Source: a virus
IMG/VR virus record: IMGVR_UViG_3300045988_167549
Location: 1-49,667 of that record
Direction: 5' to 3' (one strand)
Length of the DNA stretch: 49,667 nt
The translations under genes were made by a program, and so were the position numbers. Positions 32,536 through 42,007 of this stretch are shown one piece after another (positions within the stretch are counted from its first letter, which is position 1; each line of letters opens with the position of its first letter). The notes under the pieces are model-generated. The model saw nothing but the letters and a program-made list of their open reading frames with translations, did no database searches and had not been told where the DNA came from.

Positions 32536-32891
32536 CTACTTTTACCCCCAACAAACTTTGCAATACTTTCAACTATATTATCCCCTTTATCGTTCCACAT
32601 TCTTTTATCCCAATACTTTCCCCTTAGGCCTCCTAAAGCTGTTCCTTGTTTTCCTAAACCTTTATTACCATAATATTGTTTCCTAGCATATGGAGCATGA
32701 TAAATAATCTTATTAACCTTAAATTCAATCATAGAATCTTTCAATCTTCCTGTTTCAAAAGGAATATAATTATTAGATTCTTTAGCAACCTCTTGAGTAA
32801 ATTTAATTTGAGCTTCACCATTTTTATTAAGATGTCTTTTGAGAAGTATCTTCTGTCTATCATTTATTTCAATTCTAACTTTAGCCGCCAT
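32532..32891 (-). CDS. HK97 gp10-like head-tail adaptor (start at MAAKVR)
   Basis: Pattern ...IPFETGRLKDS... and synteny; GAAGGTG RBS. Confidence 0.5.
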   Translation of the reverse strand: MAAKVRIEINDRQKILLKRHLNKNGEAQIKFTQEVAKESNNYIPFETGRLKDSMIEFKVNKIIYHAPYARKQYYGNKGLGKQGTALGGLRGKYWDKRMWNDKGDNIVESIAKFVGGKSR

Positions 32892-32892
32892 A

Positions 32893-33303
32893 TCACACAC
32901 CTTCAACTTCGAAGTGATCTGATAAAGAATTTACCAACTTAATAGTTATAACATCATCAAATTCATTATTTAAATCATTTATACTATAATTTTTAATTCC
33001 AATAATCTCAAAATCAACCTCACCTTTTACAATTTTATCTCCTATAGTTAAAGTAAAATATTTTTCTCTTTCTATAGACTCTAATTTAGCAAATCGTTTA
33101 GGACTTATATAATTATCTAGCTTATCTATGAAAATAAGTGTGCTATCAGCTAACAATAAGCCTTTATCACTTACAGTACCAATCCTTTTACTTTGCCAGT
33201 TAACACCCTTAATAACAGTTCTTTGATATTTATACATATCGTTATAGGGATCATAGTATTTATTGTATACAGTTATATCTGAATTTTTAAATAAAACTCC
33301 CAT
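32893..33303 (-). CDS. Head-tail joining protein
   Basis: Synteny only. Confidence 0.45.
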   Translation of the reverse strand: MGVLFKNSDITVYNKYYDPYNDMYKYQRTVIKGVNWQSKRIGTVSDKGLLLADSTLIFIDKLDNYISPKRFAKLESIEREKYFTLTIGDKIVKGEVDFEIIGIKNYSINDLNNEFDDVITIKLVNSLSDHFEVEGV

Positions 33304-33313
33304 TATATCACCC

Positions 33314-33589
33314 CTAATACATACGAATATATGGAGTAGGCAACAAAGATTTTACATCAGCAGTTATAGACCAAGCTTCAATATTTGAATCAAAAGATAT
33401 ACTTTGATTACCTTCACTCATAGACTTTACTCCAACCAATTTAGCTGAATTGATTTTATTTGCATTTTCTATTAACTGATCTATGGCTAAGACATAATTT
33501 TTCTTGATATATTCATCACTTAAATTTCTATTTAAATAATTTCTTATAACTAAAATTGCTTTAGCTTCATTCTTTTCATCTAAAGTCAA
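33314..33589 (-). CDS. gp6-like head-tail connector protein
   Basis: TTG start after GGAGGGG; N-terminal pattern; synteny. Confidence 0.55.
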   Translation of the reverse strand: MTLDEKNEAKAILVIRNYLNRNLSDEYIKKNYVLAIDQLIENANKINSAKLVGVKSMSEGNQSISFDSNIEAWSITADVKSLLPTPYIRMY

Positions 33590-33634
33590 AAAATCCCCTC
33601 CTTCAAATAAAAAGAGAGAGTAATTAAATACTCT

Positions 33635-34039
33635 CTATGCATTATTCATCAAACCTTTTGCTTTTAAATCTGCAATTAAGTTATTAAATGCAGTTACTAT
33701 TGTAGCAGCATCTGCCTCACCAGCTAGAGCATCTACTTTGTTCAACTTATTAATTACTGCGTCTGCACCTTTCTCACCAGCTTCTCCTTTTTCTCCCTTA
33801 GGACCTTGTAAACCTTGCTCACCTTGAGGACCAGCTGGACCAACTTCACCTTTGGAACCTTGAGGACCGGTTTCCCCTCTATCTCCCTTCGGCCCTTGCG
33901 CAGCAGTATCACCCTTTGGTCCCGTTGCTCCTTGTGGCCCCGGGGTTAATTCTATTTCTGATATACCATTTTCTATAGCATTTAATCTTTCTGCTGAAAT
34001 TACTTCATCATTTTGCCACGTATGTTTTTGATATGCCAT
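33635..34039 (-). CDS. Collagen-like (Gly-X-Y) repeat protein, probable head fibre
   Basis: About 21 Gly-X-Y triplets, [11 protein letters not shown]...[10 protein letters not shown]; locally GC-rich. Confidence 0.8.
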   Translation of the reverse strand: MAYQKHTWQNDEVISAERLNAIENGISEIELTPGPQGATGPKGDTAAQGPKGDRGETGPQGSKGEVGPAGPQGEQGLQGPKGEKGEAGEKGADAVINKLNKVDALAGEADAATIVTAFNNLIADLKAKGLMNNA

Positions 34040-34052
34040 TTACATCACCTTC

Positions 34053-34122
34053 CTATTCTTTGCCTACTTTTGCTTTACCTACCCTAGCTTTACCGACCTT
34101 AGATGTCTCTAGGGCTGGATTA
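34053..34122 (-). other. Candidate +1 frameshift extension of the major capsid protein (22 codons)
   Basis: CCC_UAA at the MCP end; the +1 frame reads NPALETS(KVGKA)(RVGKA)(KVGKE) then stop. Confidence 0.35.
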
Positions 34123-35151
34123 GGGTAAAGTAACAGTTCCTATTCCTAATTCCTCACCATGAGGTAATGTTGGTAATGCAGTCGCAACAGCCTTGGTAAA
34201 TTCTCCGACTGGATCTATAGATGTATAAGTTCCAACAAAAATCTTATTATCTAACATTGAACTTTCCTGCATCTTTCCATCACCTATTAATTTAACTTCT
34301 TCAGCTGTTAAACCATAAATAGTTTCACCTAAAGTTTCATCTCCAAACATAGATATTACATTTTCAGGGAAGTATCTAGCAGTAGTAAACCCTTTAGAAG
34401 TTTCCTTCTTATATTTACCTTCATAAACTACAATTTGAGGTAAATCTAATTGAGCTAAAAGTTCATTTAATGCAGCTAAAGTAACAATCTTATCTGAATT
34501 GACTCCATAAATAGCTTTTCTTACACTAGCACAATTACAAATAGTTTTAACAAGTTTCCTAGAAGTTAAAGCTCTTGTTGGTCTATATCCACTTTCAGCT
34601 TCAACTGCATCAGCTAATGTAGCTAAATCATCTAATGGAGTATCAGTTTCAGGTGCTTGCCATGTGAATGATTTTTTATTTCCATTTGGTACCTTATAGT
34701 CAATAGTAACTTTCACCTTATTTTCATTAATAGCAATTTTACCAGTAGACAATAATTCCATTCTCATAGCTTCAACTCTAACCTTAACTGAATCTGTCAT
34801 CTTTTCGGCATCATTATAAAGTTGAGATAAAACAAAAGCTAACTCTGAATCTGTTCTTGGATTATTTATCTTTATGATTTCTTTTTCTGCAATTTTAATT
34901 TTTCTCTTAATTAAAGCTAAGCTTGCAACACCTTTTTCAATTGCTTCTCTTGAAGCTAATTGAGTTTCTGTATCAAAAGCATGAACTTCAGCAGTAACAG
35001 GAAGTCCACCAGTTCCCAAAATCATATCAAATTCAATGTCTTGAATTTTTCTTTCTGGGAAAAGTGACTCACCTAACATTGGTGTAACTTGTCTTTCCTT
35101 AAAATAATTAACTAATTCATTTGTATTAAAAACTTCTTCTAATCTTGGCAT
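34120..35151 (-). CDS. Major capsid protein (phage capsid protein E-like)
   Basis: 343 aa; N-terminal NELVNYFKERQVTPMLGESLFPE pattern; follows the scaffold and decoration genes. Confidence 0.85.
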   Translation of the reverse strand: MPRLEEVFNTNELVNYFKERQVTPMLGESLFPERKIQDIEFDMILGTGGLPVTAEVHAFDTETQLASREAIEKGVASLALIKRKIKIAEKEIIKINNPRTDSELAFVLSQLYNDAEKMTDSVKVRVEAMRMELLSTGKIAINENKVKVTIDYKVPNGNKKSFTWQAPETDTPLDDLATLADAVEAESGYRPTRALTSRKLVKTICNCASVRKAIYGVNSDKIVTLAALNELLAQLDLPQIVVYEGKYKKETSKGFTTARYFPENVISMFGDETLGETIYGLTAEEVKLIGDGKMQESSMLDNKIFVGTYTSIDPVGEFTKAVATALPTLPHGEELGIGTVTLP

Positions 35152-35169
35152 AATATCATTCCCTTCTTA

Positions 35170-35532
35170 TTATCTAAATTTTATATTTGGCACTTTTGCT
35201 TTAGCAGCAGTTTTAGCATCTTCTTCAAATCCATCAAAAATTCTATCTTCTCTTAAGTATCCCTCAACTATTATTGAAGCAGGAGCATCTCCATAAGTAA
35301 CATCTACTGTTTCTCGTAAAATACCTATAGGTTCCCCATCAAAAGAAACGCCACTTGGTTTTACAACCGCCCCTGTTGCATCTATAAAAGAACCTGCCTT
35401 AACATACTTCTTTCCATTTTCATCAGCTTGCGTAACATTTGAAGCTAGTACTGTTCCTGAAAAAGTAACTAAATTCTTTTCAGTAACTAAAATCTCCATA
35501 TCATTTTCATAATTTGATCTTTTAAAATACAT
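35170..35532 (-). CDS. Putative head decoration / capsid accessory protein
   Basis: Position between the scaffold and capsid genes. Confidence 0.4.
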   Translation of the reverse strand: MYFKRSNYENDMEILVTEKNLVTFSGTVLASNVTQADENGKKYVKAGSFIDATGAVVKPSGVSFDGEPIGILRETVDVTYGDAPASIIVEGYLREDRIFDGFEEDAKTAAKAKVPNIKFR

Positions 35533-35544
35533 AATTTTTCCTCC

Positions 35545-36180
35545 TTATTTATCACCCCAAGGATTACTTGGGGCACTTGATTTTGAATTATTTTGAGCTG
35601 CAATAGAAGCACCAATACTCATTGGTTTTCCATCTGAGCCTTTACCAGGCACATAACTAGATTGTTTCATTTTTTCAGTAGCTATTGCTTCAAGTCCTTT
35701 AGACCAATCATCAGCTATAGTATCTATAATTTCCTTAGTCTTATCAAAATCTTCGCCCAAACACTTTTCAACTACGCTAGCAGGTAATTTTTTATCTGCT
35801 GCATACTTTATAGCTTGAGCTAATAAATCTTTTCTAGCATTAGCTTGTCTTTCTTTTTCCAATTCCTTTTCTAGTTCTAATACCTTCTTTTGTACTGGAT
35901 CTGTAACTAAATCTGGATACTTTTCCTTAATAAAAGGTTCAAGTTCCTTTTCTAAATTATTTTCTCTCCATGTCTTTAAAGCTTTACTGTGATATTTATC
36001 ATTTTCACTATCAATAAACGCTTTAAATTCTTTATCTGTTTTCATTTTTTCCTTAAAGGCCTCTAAGGTAAGTCCACTAGCTTGTAGTAACTTAGCTAAA
36101 TCACTATTTTCTAGCAATGAATCTATATTTTCATCATCACCAGCATTTTCAATTAATTTTAACAATTCTTTCTTTAACAT
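35545..36180 (-). CDS. Scaffolding protein (DUF4355-like)
   Basis: Highly charged coiled coil; position before the capsid gene. Confidence 0.7.
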   Translation of the reverse strand: MLKKELLKLIENAGDDENIDSLLENSDLAKLLQASGLTLEAFKEKMKTDKEFKAFIDSENDKYHSKALKTWRENNLEKELEPFIKEKYPDLVTDPVQKKVLELEKELEKERQANARKDLLAQAIKYAADKKLPASVVEKCLGEDFDKTKEIIDTIADDWSKGLEAIATEKMKQSSYVPGKGSDGKPMSIGASIAAQNNSKSSAPSNPWGDK

Positions 36181-36285
36181 ATATCCTCCTTATCCCACAA
36201 ACCTATAAAGACTTGTGACACAAAATTTATTTAATATTTTTATTTACCCCTTGCACACTTTAAGTCCACAAGACGATTTTTGAGT

Positions 36286-36315
36286 ATAATAAAAAGCCTT
36301 AGTTTCCTAAGACTT
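36286..36315 (-). terminator. Terminator AAGTCTTAG-gaaa-CTAAGGCTT plus T-run
   Basis: Read directly on the minus strand. Confidence 0.6.
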
Positions 36316-36317
36316 AA

Positions 36318-36581
36318 TTATTTTTCAACCTTATAATTTTCCCATTTCTTATAAGCATCTACATACATTTCTTTTTTATCTCCATTGTATGTACACTCAT
36401 AATACATTCCATCAAATAGAGTAGTACTAAGTAAAGCTTTATTATTTTGAAGTGTTTTACAACTCCATACCATAAATACATCATCTGTTGTAATTTGCTT
36501 TTTATCTGTTTTATCTAAATGTCTATTGGTATAATCACATACCTCTTGTTTACACCATTCCAAAAACTCTTTTTCATTCAT
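36318..36581 (-). CDS. Hypothetical 87-aa protein
   Basis: AGGAGGA RBS. Confidence 0.55.
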   Translation of the reverse strand: MNEKEFLEWCKQEVCDYTNRHLDKTDKKQITTDDVFMVWSCKTLQNNKALLSTTLFDGMYYECTYNGDKKEMYVDAYKKWENYKVEK

Positions 36582-36594
36582 TGTAATTTTCCTC

Positions 36595-36687
36595 CTAGCA
36601 AATCCATATTAAAAACAACCATAACGCTATCCACCACAGTGTATTCTTTATATCTTGTAGTACTTTAACAATTTCTTTATTTTCCAT
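36595..36687 (-). CDS. 30-aa hydrophobic micro-ORF, translationally coupled (TAATG)
   Basis: MENKEIVKVLQDIKNTLWWIALWLFLIWIC; its stop precedes the next RBS. Confidence 0.35.
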   Translation of the reverse strand: MENKEIVKVLQDIKNTLWWIALWLFLIWIC

Positions 36688-36995
36688 TAATCTTCTATCC
36701 TATCAATTCCATATTCTTTTGCAACTTCATACTCAACTTTACAACCTCTTGCATTTCTCCAATCTCCACCGAAATATACAATATCAGCTTGTGAAAGAAG
36801 TTGTATTGATTTACCTAAATACCAAACCGGTATAGATTTATTAATTTCTCCTGGATAATCTTCAATAAAAGAATCTATTAATTCTACAGGCTCTCCTATT
36901 GTTTTTTCTGCTCTAATTCTAATTTCTTCTCTAGCCTTTAAAATCTCTTCATCTGTCAAACCTCTCATTGGTTGAGATATAAATAATTGTTTCAT
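36687..36995 (-). CDS. DUF4406 / nucleoside 2-deoxyribosyltransferase-like protein (start at MKQLFISQPM)
   Basis: MKQLFISQPMRGL... N-terminus typical of DUF4406; AAGGAGGA RBS. Confidence 0.55.
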   Translation of the reverse strand: MKQLFISQPMRGLTDEEILKAREEIRIRAEKTIGEPVELIDSFIEDYPGEINKSIPVWYLGKSIQLLSQADIVYFGGDWRNARGCKVEYEVAKEYGIDRIED

Positions 36996-37050
36996 CTTTT
37001 CCTCCTTATTCTTCAACAGTATAAAAGCACCTACATAATAAAAGCACCTA

Positions 37051-37812
37051 CTATTCAGCAAGTGCTAATTCTTTAGTATTAAGATATTCATCGTAATACA
37101 TAAATTTATAACCTTTAGTTTTTTTATATTTACCTCTGCAAACATTACTTAAACTATCTGTCCTAACCCCATAATAATTTGCAGTTTCTATCATAGAATT
37201 AAAAATTTTCATATCATTTAAGCATATTATTTTTCTAGACCTTGAATTACCTTTTCCCTTTTTAGCTATACTAATTTTTTCTTTTGTTTCTTTTGAATGA
37301 GATTTACCATACATAGCATTATTCTCTCCCATATTAAGCACTCTAAGCTTTTCGATAGTTTCTTTCGTATGCTTTATACCTAATCTATATTTATTTCCTT
37401 TACGAATACTTTTTAGTTTTTCAATAGTTTCTTTAGATAATTTTTTACCCATATGACTTTTTCTTATTTTATTTTTCGTTTCTTGAGTATGTTTTTTACC
37501 TAACCAAGGTTTTAAACCTCTTACTCCTCCACCTCCTAAAGTCATATTGTATCCATTGCCTTTATAAGAATTATATAATTTTATATACTTAATTTCTAAA
37601 TCATCTAATTCATCAATTGAACACTCACAAATAACTTCAAACTCAAAATTATTTACACCATACTTATTAATAGCCCTATATAAAATATAATGTTTAATTT
37701 CATCTCTCTTATAGTTATTTAAATGCTCTCTTTTTCTTTTATCAATATCAACTGATTGTCCTATATAGACTTTGCCATTAATTTTATTAGTTATTTTATA
37801 TATTCCTACCAT
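37051..37812 (-). CDS. Free-standing GIY-YIG homing endonuclease with NUMOD3 repeats
   Basis: GIYKITN...VYIGQS...R..EH...YN plus four GKxHSxETKxKI-type repeats. Confidence 0.85.
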   Translation of the reverse strand: MVGIYKITNKINGKVYIGQSVDIDKRKREHLNNYKRDEIKHYILYRAINKYGVNNFEFEVICECSIDELDDLEIKYIKLYNSYKGNGYNMTLGGGGVRGLKPWLGKKHTQETKNKIRKSHMGKKLSKETIEKLKSIRKGNKYRLGIKHTKETIEKLRVLNMGENNAMYGKSHSKETKEKISIAKKGKGNSRSRKIICLNDMKIFNSMIETANYYGVRTDSLSNVCRGKYKKTKGYKFMYYDEYLNTKELALAE

Positions 37813-37845
37813 TTTAATCACCTCTTAGTTATATTATACAATAAT

Positions 37846-37896
37846 TAGTTATTGTTTTCAATAACTATTGATACTTTTCAATAACTAAATTAAAAT
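37846..37896. promoter_or_regulatory. Divergent promoters with CAATAACTA operator repeats
   Basis: TAGTTATTG-tttt-CAATAACTA palindrome 37846-37867, third copy 37879-37887. Plus strand: TTGATA, 17 nt, TAAAAT. Minus strand: TTGAAA, 17 nt, TATAAT. Confidence 0.55.
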
Positions 37897-37913
37897 ATAT
37901 ATGAGGTGATTTT

Positions 37914-38111
37914 ATGAAACTAAAATTAAAAGAATTATTAGAACAACAAGATAAAAGTGTATACTGGTTAAAACATGCGACTAATATAAGTCATGCAACT
38001 ATTTATAAAATGGTTAACAATGAAACAACTATGATTTCTTTTGATAACCTAGAAAAAATTTGCATTGCTTTAAACTGTACTCCTAATGATGTATTTGAAC
38101 TTACTAAATAG
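37914..38111 (+). CDS. Small XRE/Cro-type HTH protein
   Basis: YWLKHATNISHATIYKMVNN HTH; the only plus-strand gene in the structural module. Confidence 0.75.
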   Translation: MKLKLKELLEQQDKSVYWLKHATNISHATIYKMVNNETTMISFDNLEKICIALNCTPNDVFELTK

Positions 38112-38123
38112 TAGGTTCTTTTT

Positions 38124-38843
38124 TTATTCATATACTTCATAAAAACATCTACACATAGGATGAGAAATTTGAGGCATATCTTTTAATTCGTATACCCTCC
38201 CATTTAAAGGATAACAGTCATCACACGTCTTACTATCCAAAATAGCATTCCTTTTAACTTTTTTTACATTTGTTTCTTCACACAGTTTTCTAAATGCTTC
38301 ATTTTGACATCGACTTACTTCTGTGGTTACAAGTCTTTTAGCATTGTAAGCGCTGGTATTAAAAGTCTTTTCTATATCCTTTTTTATTTGATTAACATTA
38401 ATCTTACCATTCAAAAAATTATTTACCTGTTTATGTAGATATTTTGAAACCTCTTGTTCATTACTCCATATTCTTTTACTAAAATGCTTTCCTTTAAAAT
38501 TAGATTCTACAATTTTTCTAACATCTTTTAATCCAGAATTATAACTATAGAAGTTAAATGTTTTTTTTACTGTAGTTTCTAGAATATTATTTAAAACTTC
38601 AACTTCTTTATTACTAATATTTTTATAATTAATAATAATTAATTCAGATAATTTTTTATAAATTTCATCTTTATCATTTTTTTTAATATTCATCAGCCCA
38701 TCTAATATAGTATAAGTAAGCATAATCATTGCAATTTCCTTTAAAAGCTCATTTCTAGCTTCTTTCTGTTCTTTATAAACTTCTTTTAACTGCTCATTAG
38801 CTTGTTCATAAAGGCCTTCTACAAACTTCTCTTCATCTGTCAT
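38124..38843 (-). CDS. Head morphogenesis protein (SPP1 gp7 / Mu F family)
   Basis: C-terminal ILDSKTCDDC...HPMCRC motif. Confidence 0.8.
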   Translation of the reverse strand: MTDEEKFVEGLYEQANEQLKEVYKEQKEARNELLKEIAMIMLTYTILDGLMNIKKNDKDEIYKKLSELIIINYKNISNKEVEVLNNILETTVKKTFNFYSYNSGLKDVRKIVESNFKGKHFSKRIWSNEQEVSKYLHKQVNNFLNGKINVNQIKKDIEKTFNTSAYNAKRLVTTEVSRCQNEAFRKLCEETNVKKVKRNAILDSKTCDDCYPLNGRVYELKDMPQISHPMCRCFYEVYE

Positions 38844-38844
38844 A

Positions 38845-40179
38845 TTAATCACCTAAATTATTTAAATCCATTGGAATTTCTTCATCCTTCTCTTCTTTAA
38901 TTTTCTCAGCTTCAGCAACTTTATTATTTATAAAACTAAACAATCCTCTCGCTGTATCTTTAGAAATAACACCTTCTGGAGTTTGAGATAACATTTGAGC
39001 TGTACTCAAATCATCACTCGGTATATTGGGAGTATAAAGTGCCTTTACATCCTTGTAGTCATACTTCTTATTTTTCTTCATATCTAAGTATTTAAATAAA
39101 AATCTAATTCTATTTTTAACTATATTTTTATGTGCTTTTATTTCTAAACTACACTTATTTTCTAAAACTATAAGTCTAGATCTTAAAGCAACTCCACTAA
39201 GGTTTGATTGCAATGATTCATTGTGATTTATATGACAAGCCAATTGATACATTGTATCCTCATATCTATCTAAAGTATTTTGAATAAATGTATCATTAAT
39301 ATTTTTAATCAACCACTCAGCATCAGCCTTTTCTCCTGGAAGTTGTAATACTCCTAATTTCTTCATATTAGGAATATCATTTTCATCAACTTGAGCATTT
39401 TTAAATAATAAATAAGCATTCCTAAAATCACTTATCTCATTAGCAATATCAGATAAATTTGTTTCAAAAGCATCTTGAAGGCCTTTTAAGTCTTTATATA
39501 TACTATCATCATAATTTTCCTCAGTTAATTCTCCAATAGAAACAGGAACCTCACCAAAAATATTATCTGTTGGATTACTTATCTGATTAAACTTACCATC
39601 AAAATGATATATTTTATCAGGAGTATAAACATCTATGTATGATATAGTTGTTTCAAAATCATTTTTAAATTTGTGTATAAAAAAAAGAACCTTTCTTGAA
39701 GATTCATCATAATAAGCATACCCTTCAGTAGGTTTTATTATTTTGCTACAAAAATCAGCATTTTCATCAATATAATAAAGCTCATAAACTTTTGTGAAAA
39801 TGATTAAATATTTCATCAAATCTGTATCATGCAATTCATTCCAATGAGCTGTATAATACTCAATATCTTTAACTACATTTTTATTTTCATTCCTAGATTC
39901 ATATGTTATATCGTTGCCTAATGTATAAGCAACTTCTTCTTTTATGAACTTTTTTATATAATTAAGATTTATTTTAAGATTAGATCTTTCAGTTACAAAT
40001 AAGTATCTTCTTATAGCATCGGTATCCCCCTTGTAGTATCTATACATTTTTTCATATATATTTTGAAATACCCAATAAGATCCATAGACTTTCTTAACTA
40101 AAGATAAATGTTCTGGATTATTAAGGTCCAATCCAATTTCTTTTCTAAAAAGTTTTTTTATAATTTCATTAATTTTCAA
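38845..40179 (-). CDS. Portal protein (SPP1 gp6-like)
   Basis: 444 aa; between terminase and morphogenesis genes; TTG start after GGAGGTG. Confidence 0.8.
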   Translation of the reverse strand: MKINEIIKKLFRKEIGLDLNNPEHLSLVKKVYGSYWVFQNIYEKMYRYYKGDTDAIRRYLFVTERSNLKINLNYIKKFIKEEVAYTLGNDITYESRNENKNVVKDIEYYTAHWNELHDTDLMKYLIIFTKVYELYYIDENADFCSKIIKPTEGYAYYDESSRKVLFFIHKFKNDFETTISYIDVYTPDKIYHFDGKFNQISNPTDNIFGEVPVSIGELTEENYDDSIYKDLKGLQDAFETNLSDIANEISDFRNAYLLFKNAQVDENDIPNMKKLGVLQLPGEKADAEWLIKNINDTFIQNTLDRYEDTMYQLACHINHNESLQSNLSGVALRSRLIVLENKCSLEIKAHKNIVKNRIRFLFKYLDMKKNKKYDYKDVKALYTPNIPSDDLSTAQMLSQTPEGVISKDTARGLFSFINNKVAEAEKIKEEKDEEIPMDLNNLGD

Positions 40180-40191
40180 GATTCACACCTC

Positions 40192-41952
40192 CTATAATCC
40201 TAATAATTTTCTATCAAGAATTTTAACCTTAGATATTACTTTAATAGTTTTAATTTTATTCTCTAATTCTGCCAAATTATCAGGAGCATCATCATGAACA
40301 CTATATAATTGCCCTTGAAAATCTAATATTTCATCAATAGCCTTCTTGCTATCCTCACAATCAGATATAATAATAATTTGTCCATTATTTACTGGATCAA
40401 CAATAGTACTTATTTTTTCATCTTTATTCTTTTTCTGCATCTCATTAATCCATTCATAACTCCTATTTTTAAGAATTTCACTTGAAGCAATCAATTCTTT
40501 TATTTTTACCACATCTGCACCTTGATAAGTATTTTTTTCAATATTAATATGAGTAACATCTAAATTTCTTTCAAGTACTTCAACAACCTTTTCACAATAT
40601 TGATTAAAAGTCATTTTTCTATGAACTAAATCTCTTATATACGTAAAATCATTAGTTGCTTTGCTTCCAACCATAATATTAGTACTATCTGACTTCTTAT
40701 TTGTAGTACTTGCTGGGTCGACACTAAGAATAGTTTTAACAAAACTATGTTGATCTATTTCTTCACGAGTTTGGGTCTTAACTGATTTGAACCATTTTTC
40801 CCCTATAGAAGTGGCATCATTCATTAACTCACTCATAAAAGATTTTCTATTTTCCCAGTATTTAATAGCAAGATCATTAAAACAATCCCATTTTTCTGGC
40901 CACCAAACCCTAAACTGCATTTCTTCTTTATGCAACTCATAAAACTTTCTAGCATTAACTTTTCTTTCTTCTTTATTTAATTTTTCATCAAAATAAATAT
41001 CATGACATTGTTGCCATAATTCTGATTCAAATATATCTTCTACAACTTGTCCTGGCTCCAAAATTATAGCTCTTCTCAAAAGAGTAAAATAATCATTATT
41101 TCTACTTAATTTACTCATAAGACAATCCATATGCAATACAGTTCCAATTGCTATTATTTTAGTTGCTGATTTTATCTTTTTACCATTTCTATATACAGCC
41201 TTATCACCAACTTCTTCAATCTCTTTAGTCCATTTATTGTATTGCTTTTCTCTTGCCGAGTCAGTTAAAATATTTTTCTCATCTTGAAAGTCATCACCAA
41301 TAAACACAGTAGGCCTTATTCCTCCCCAGTTAGAACCCCTAACAGAAGTTCCAGACCCAACAGTCTTTATATAAGTTCCATTTGTAAATTCAACTTCATT
41401 TGCATTTACAGTATACTTTTCACCATTACCTTTAAGTATTTTTGCATTAATTAACTTGCCAAAACATTTAATTATTTTTTTATTTTCGTTGAATATCTTT
41501 TTTATAGAATCAAGGAATTGAGTTGCATCTGTATCTGTTTTTGCTCCTAATAAAGTGAATGAAGATTTTTTATAGCAATGTAACCATACACTAACAGACA
41601 TATCAAAGATAGTAGTCTTAGCCATTCCCCTTGGCTCTATAATCGCAGCTTTATCATATAAATCTTCAATAAATATATTGTTTGCTACTCCCCAAAGCTC
41701 ATAATGACCTTTAGATAATTCTCTATTAGTATTACTATCTTTAACTACGAAGGTATCACTCATAAAATAAAGACAAAAAAACTCAATATCTCTTTCACCT
41801 AATGCTTTAGCAAGAGTATCAAGTTCACTATTATATTTATTTAGAAGTATCTTGGCCGTTTCTTCATTATAATGTTTAACTAAATATTTATTTAATAGAT
41901 AAACTTCATATTTAATTTCAACATCAAATTTCAATCCATCATAATATATCAT
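40192..41952 (-). CDS. Terminase large subunit (start at MIYYDG)
   Basis: P-loop-like PRGMAKTT, Walker-B-like VFIGDDFQDE, C-terminal nuclease-like region; AAAGGAG RBS. Confidence 0.8.
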   Translation of the reverse strand: MIYYDGLKFDVEIKYEVYLLNKYLVKHYNEETAKILLNKYNSELDTLAKALGERDIEFFCLYFMSDTFVVKDSNTNRELSKGHYELWGVANNIFIEDLYDKAAIIEPRGMAKTTIFDMSVSVWLHCYKKSSFTLLGAKTDTDATQFLDSIKKIFNENKKIIKCFGKLINAKILKGNGEKYTVNANEVEFTNGTYIKTVGSGTSVRGSNWGGIRPTVFIGDDFQDEKNILTDSAREKQYNKWTKEIEEVGDKAVYRNGKKIKSATKIIAIGTVLHMDCLMSKLSRNNDYFTLLRRAIILEPGQVVEDIFESELWQQCHDIYFDEKLNKEERKVNARKFYELHKEEMQFRVWWPEKWDCFNDLAIKYWENRKSFMSELMNDATSIGEKWFKSVKTQTREEIDQHSFVKTILSVDPASTTNKKSDSTNIMVGSKATNDFTYIRDLVHRKMTFNQYCEKVVEVLERNLDVTHINIEKNTYQGADVVKIKELIASSEILKNRSYEWINEMQKKNKDEKISTIVDPVNNGQIIIISDCEDSKKAIDEILDFQGQLYSVHDDAPDNLAELENKIKTIKVISKVKILDRKLLGL

Positions 41953-42007
41953 CCAAAACACTCCTTTCTTAATATCAATAAAAAAGTACTTAGAATTTAC
42001 TAAGTAC

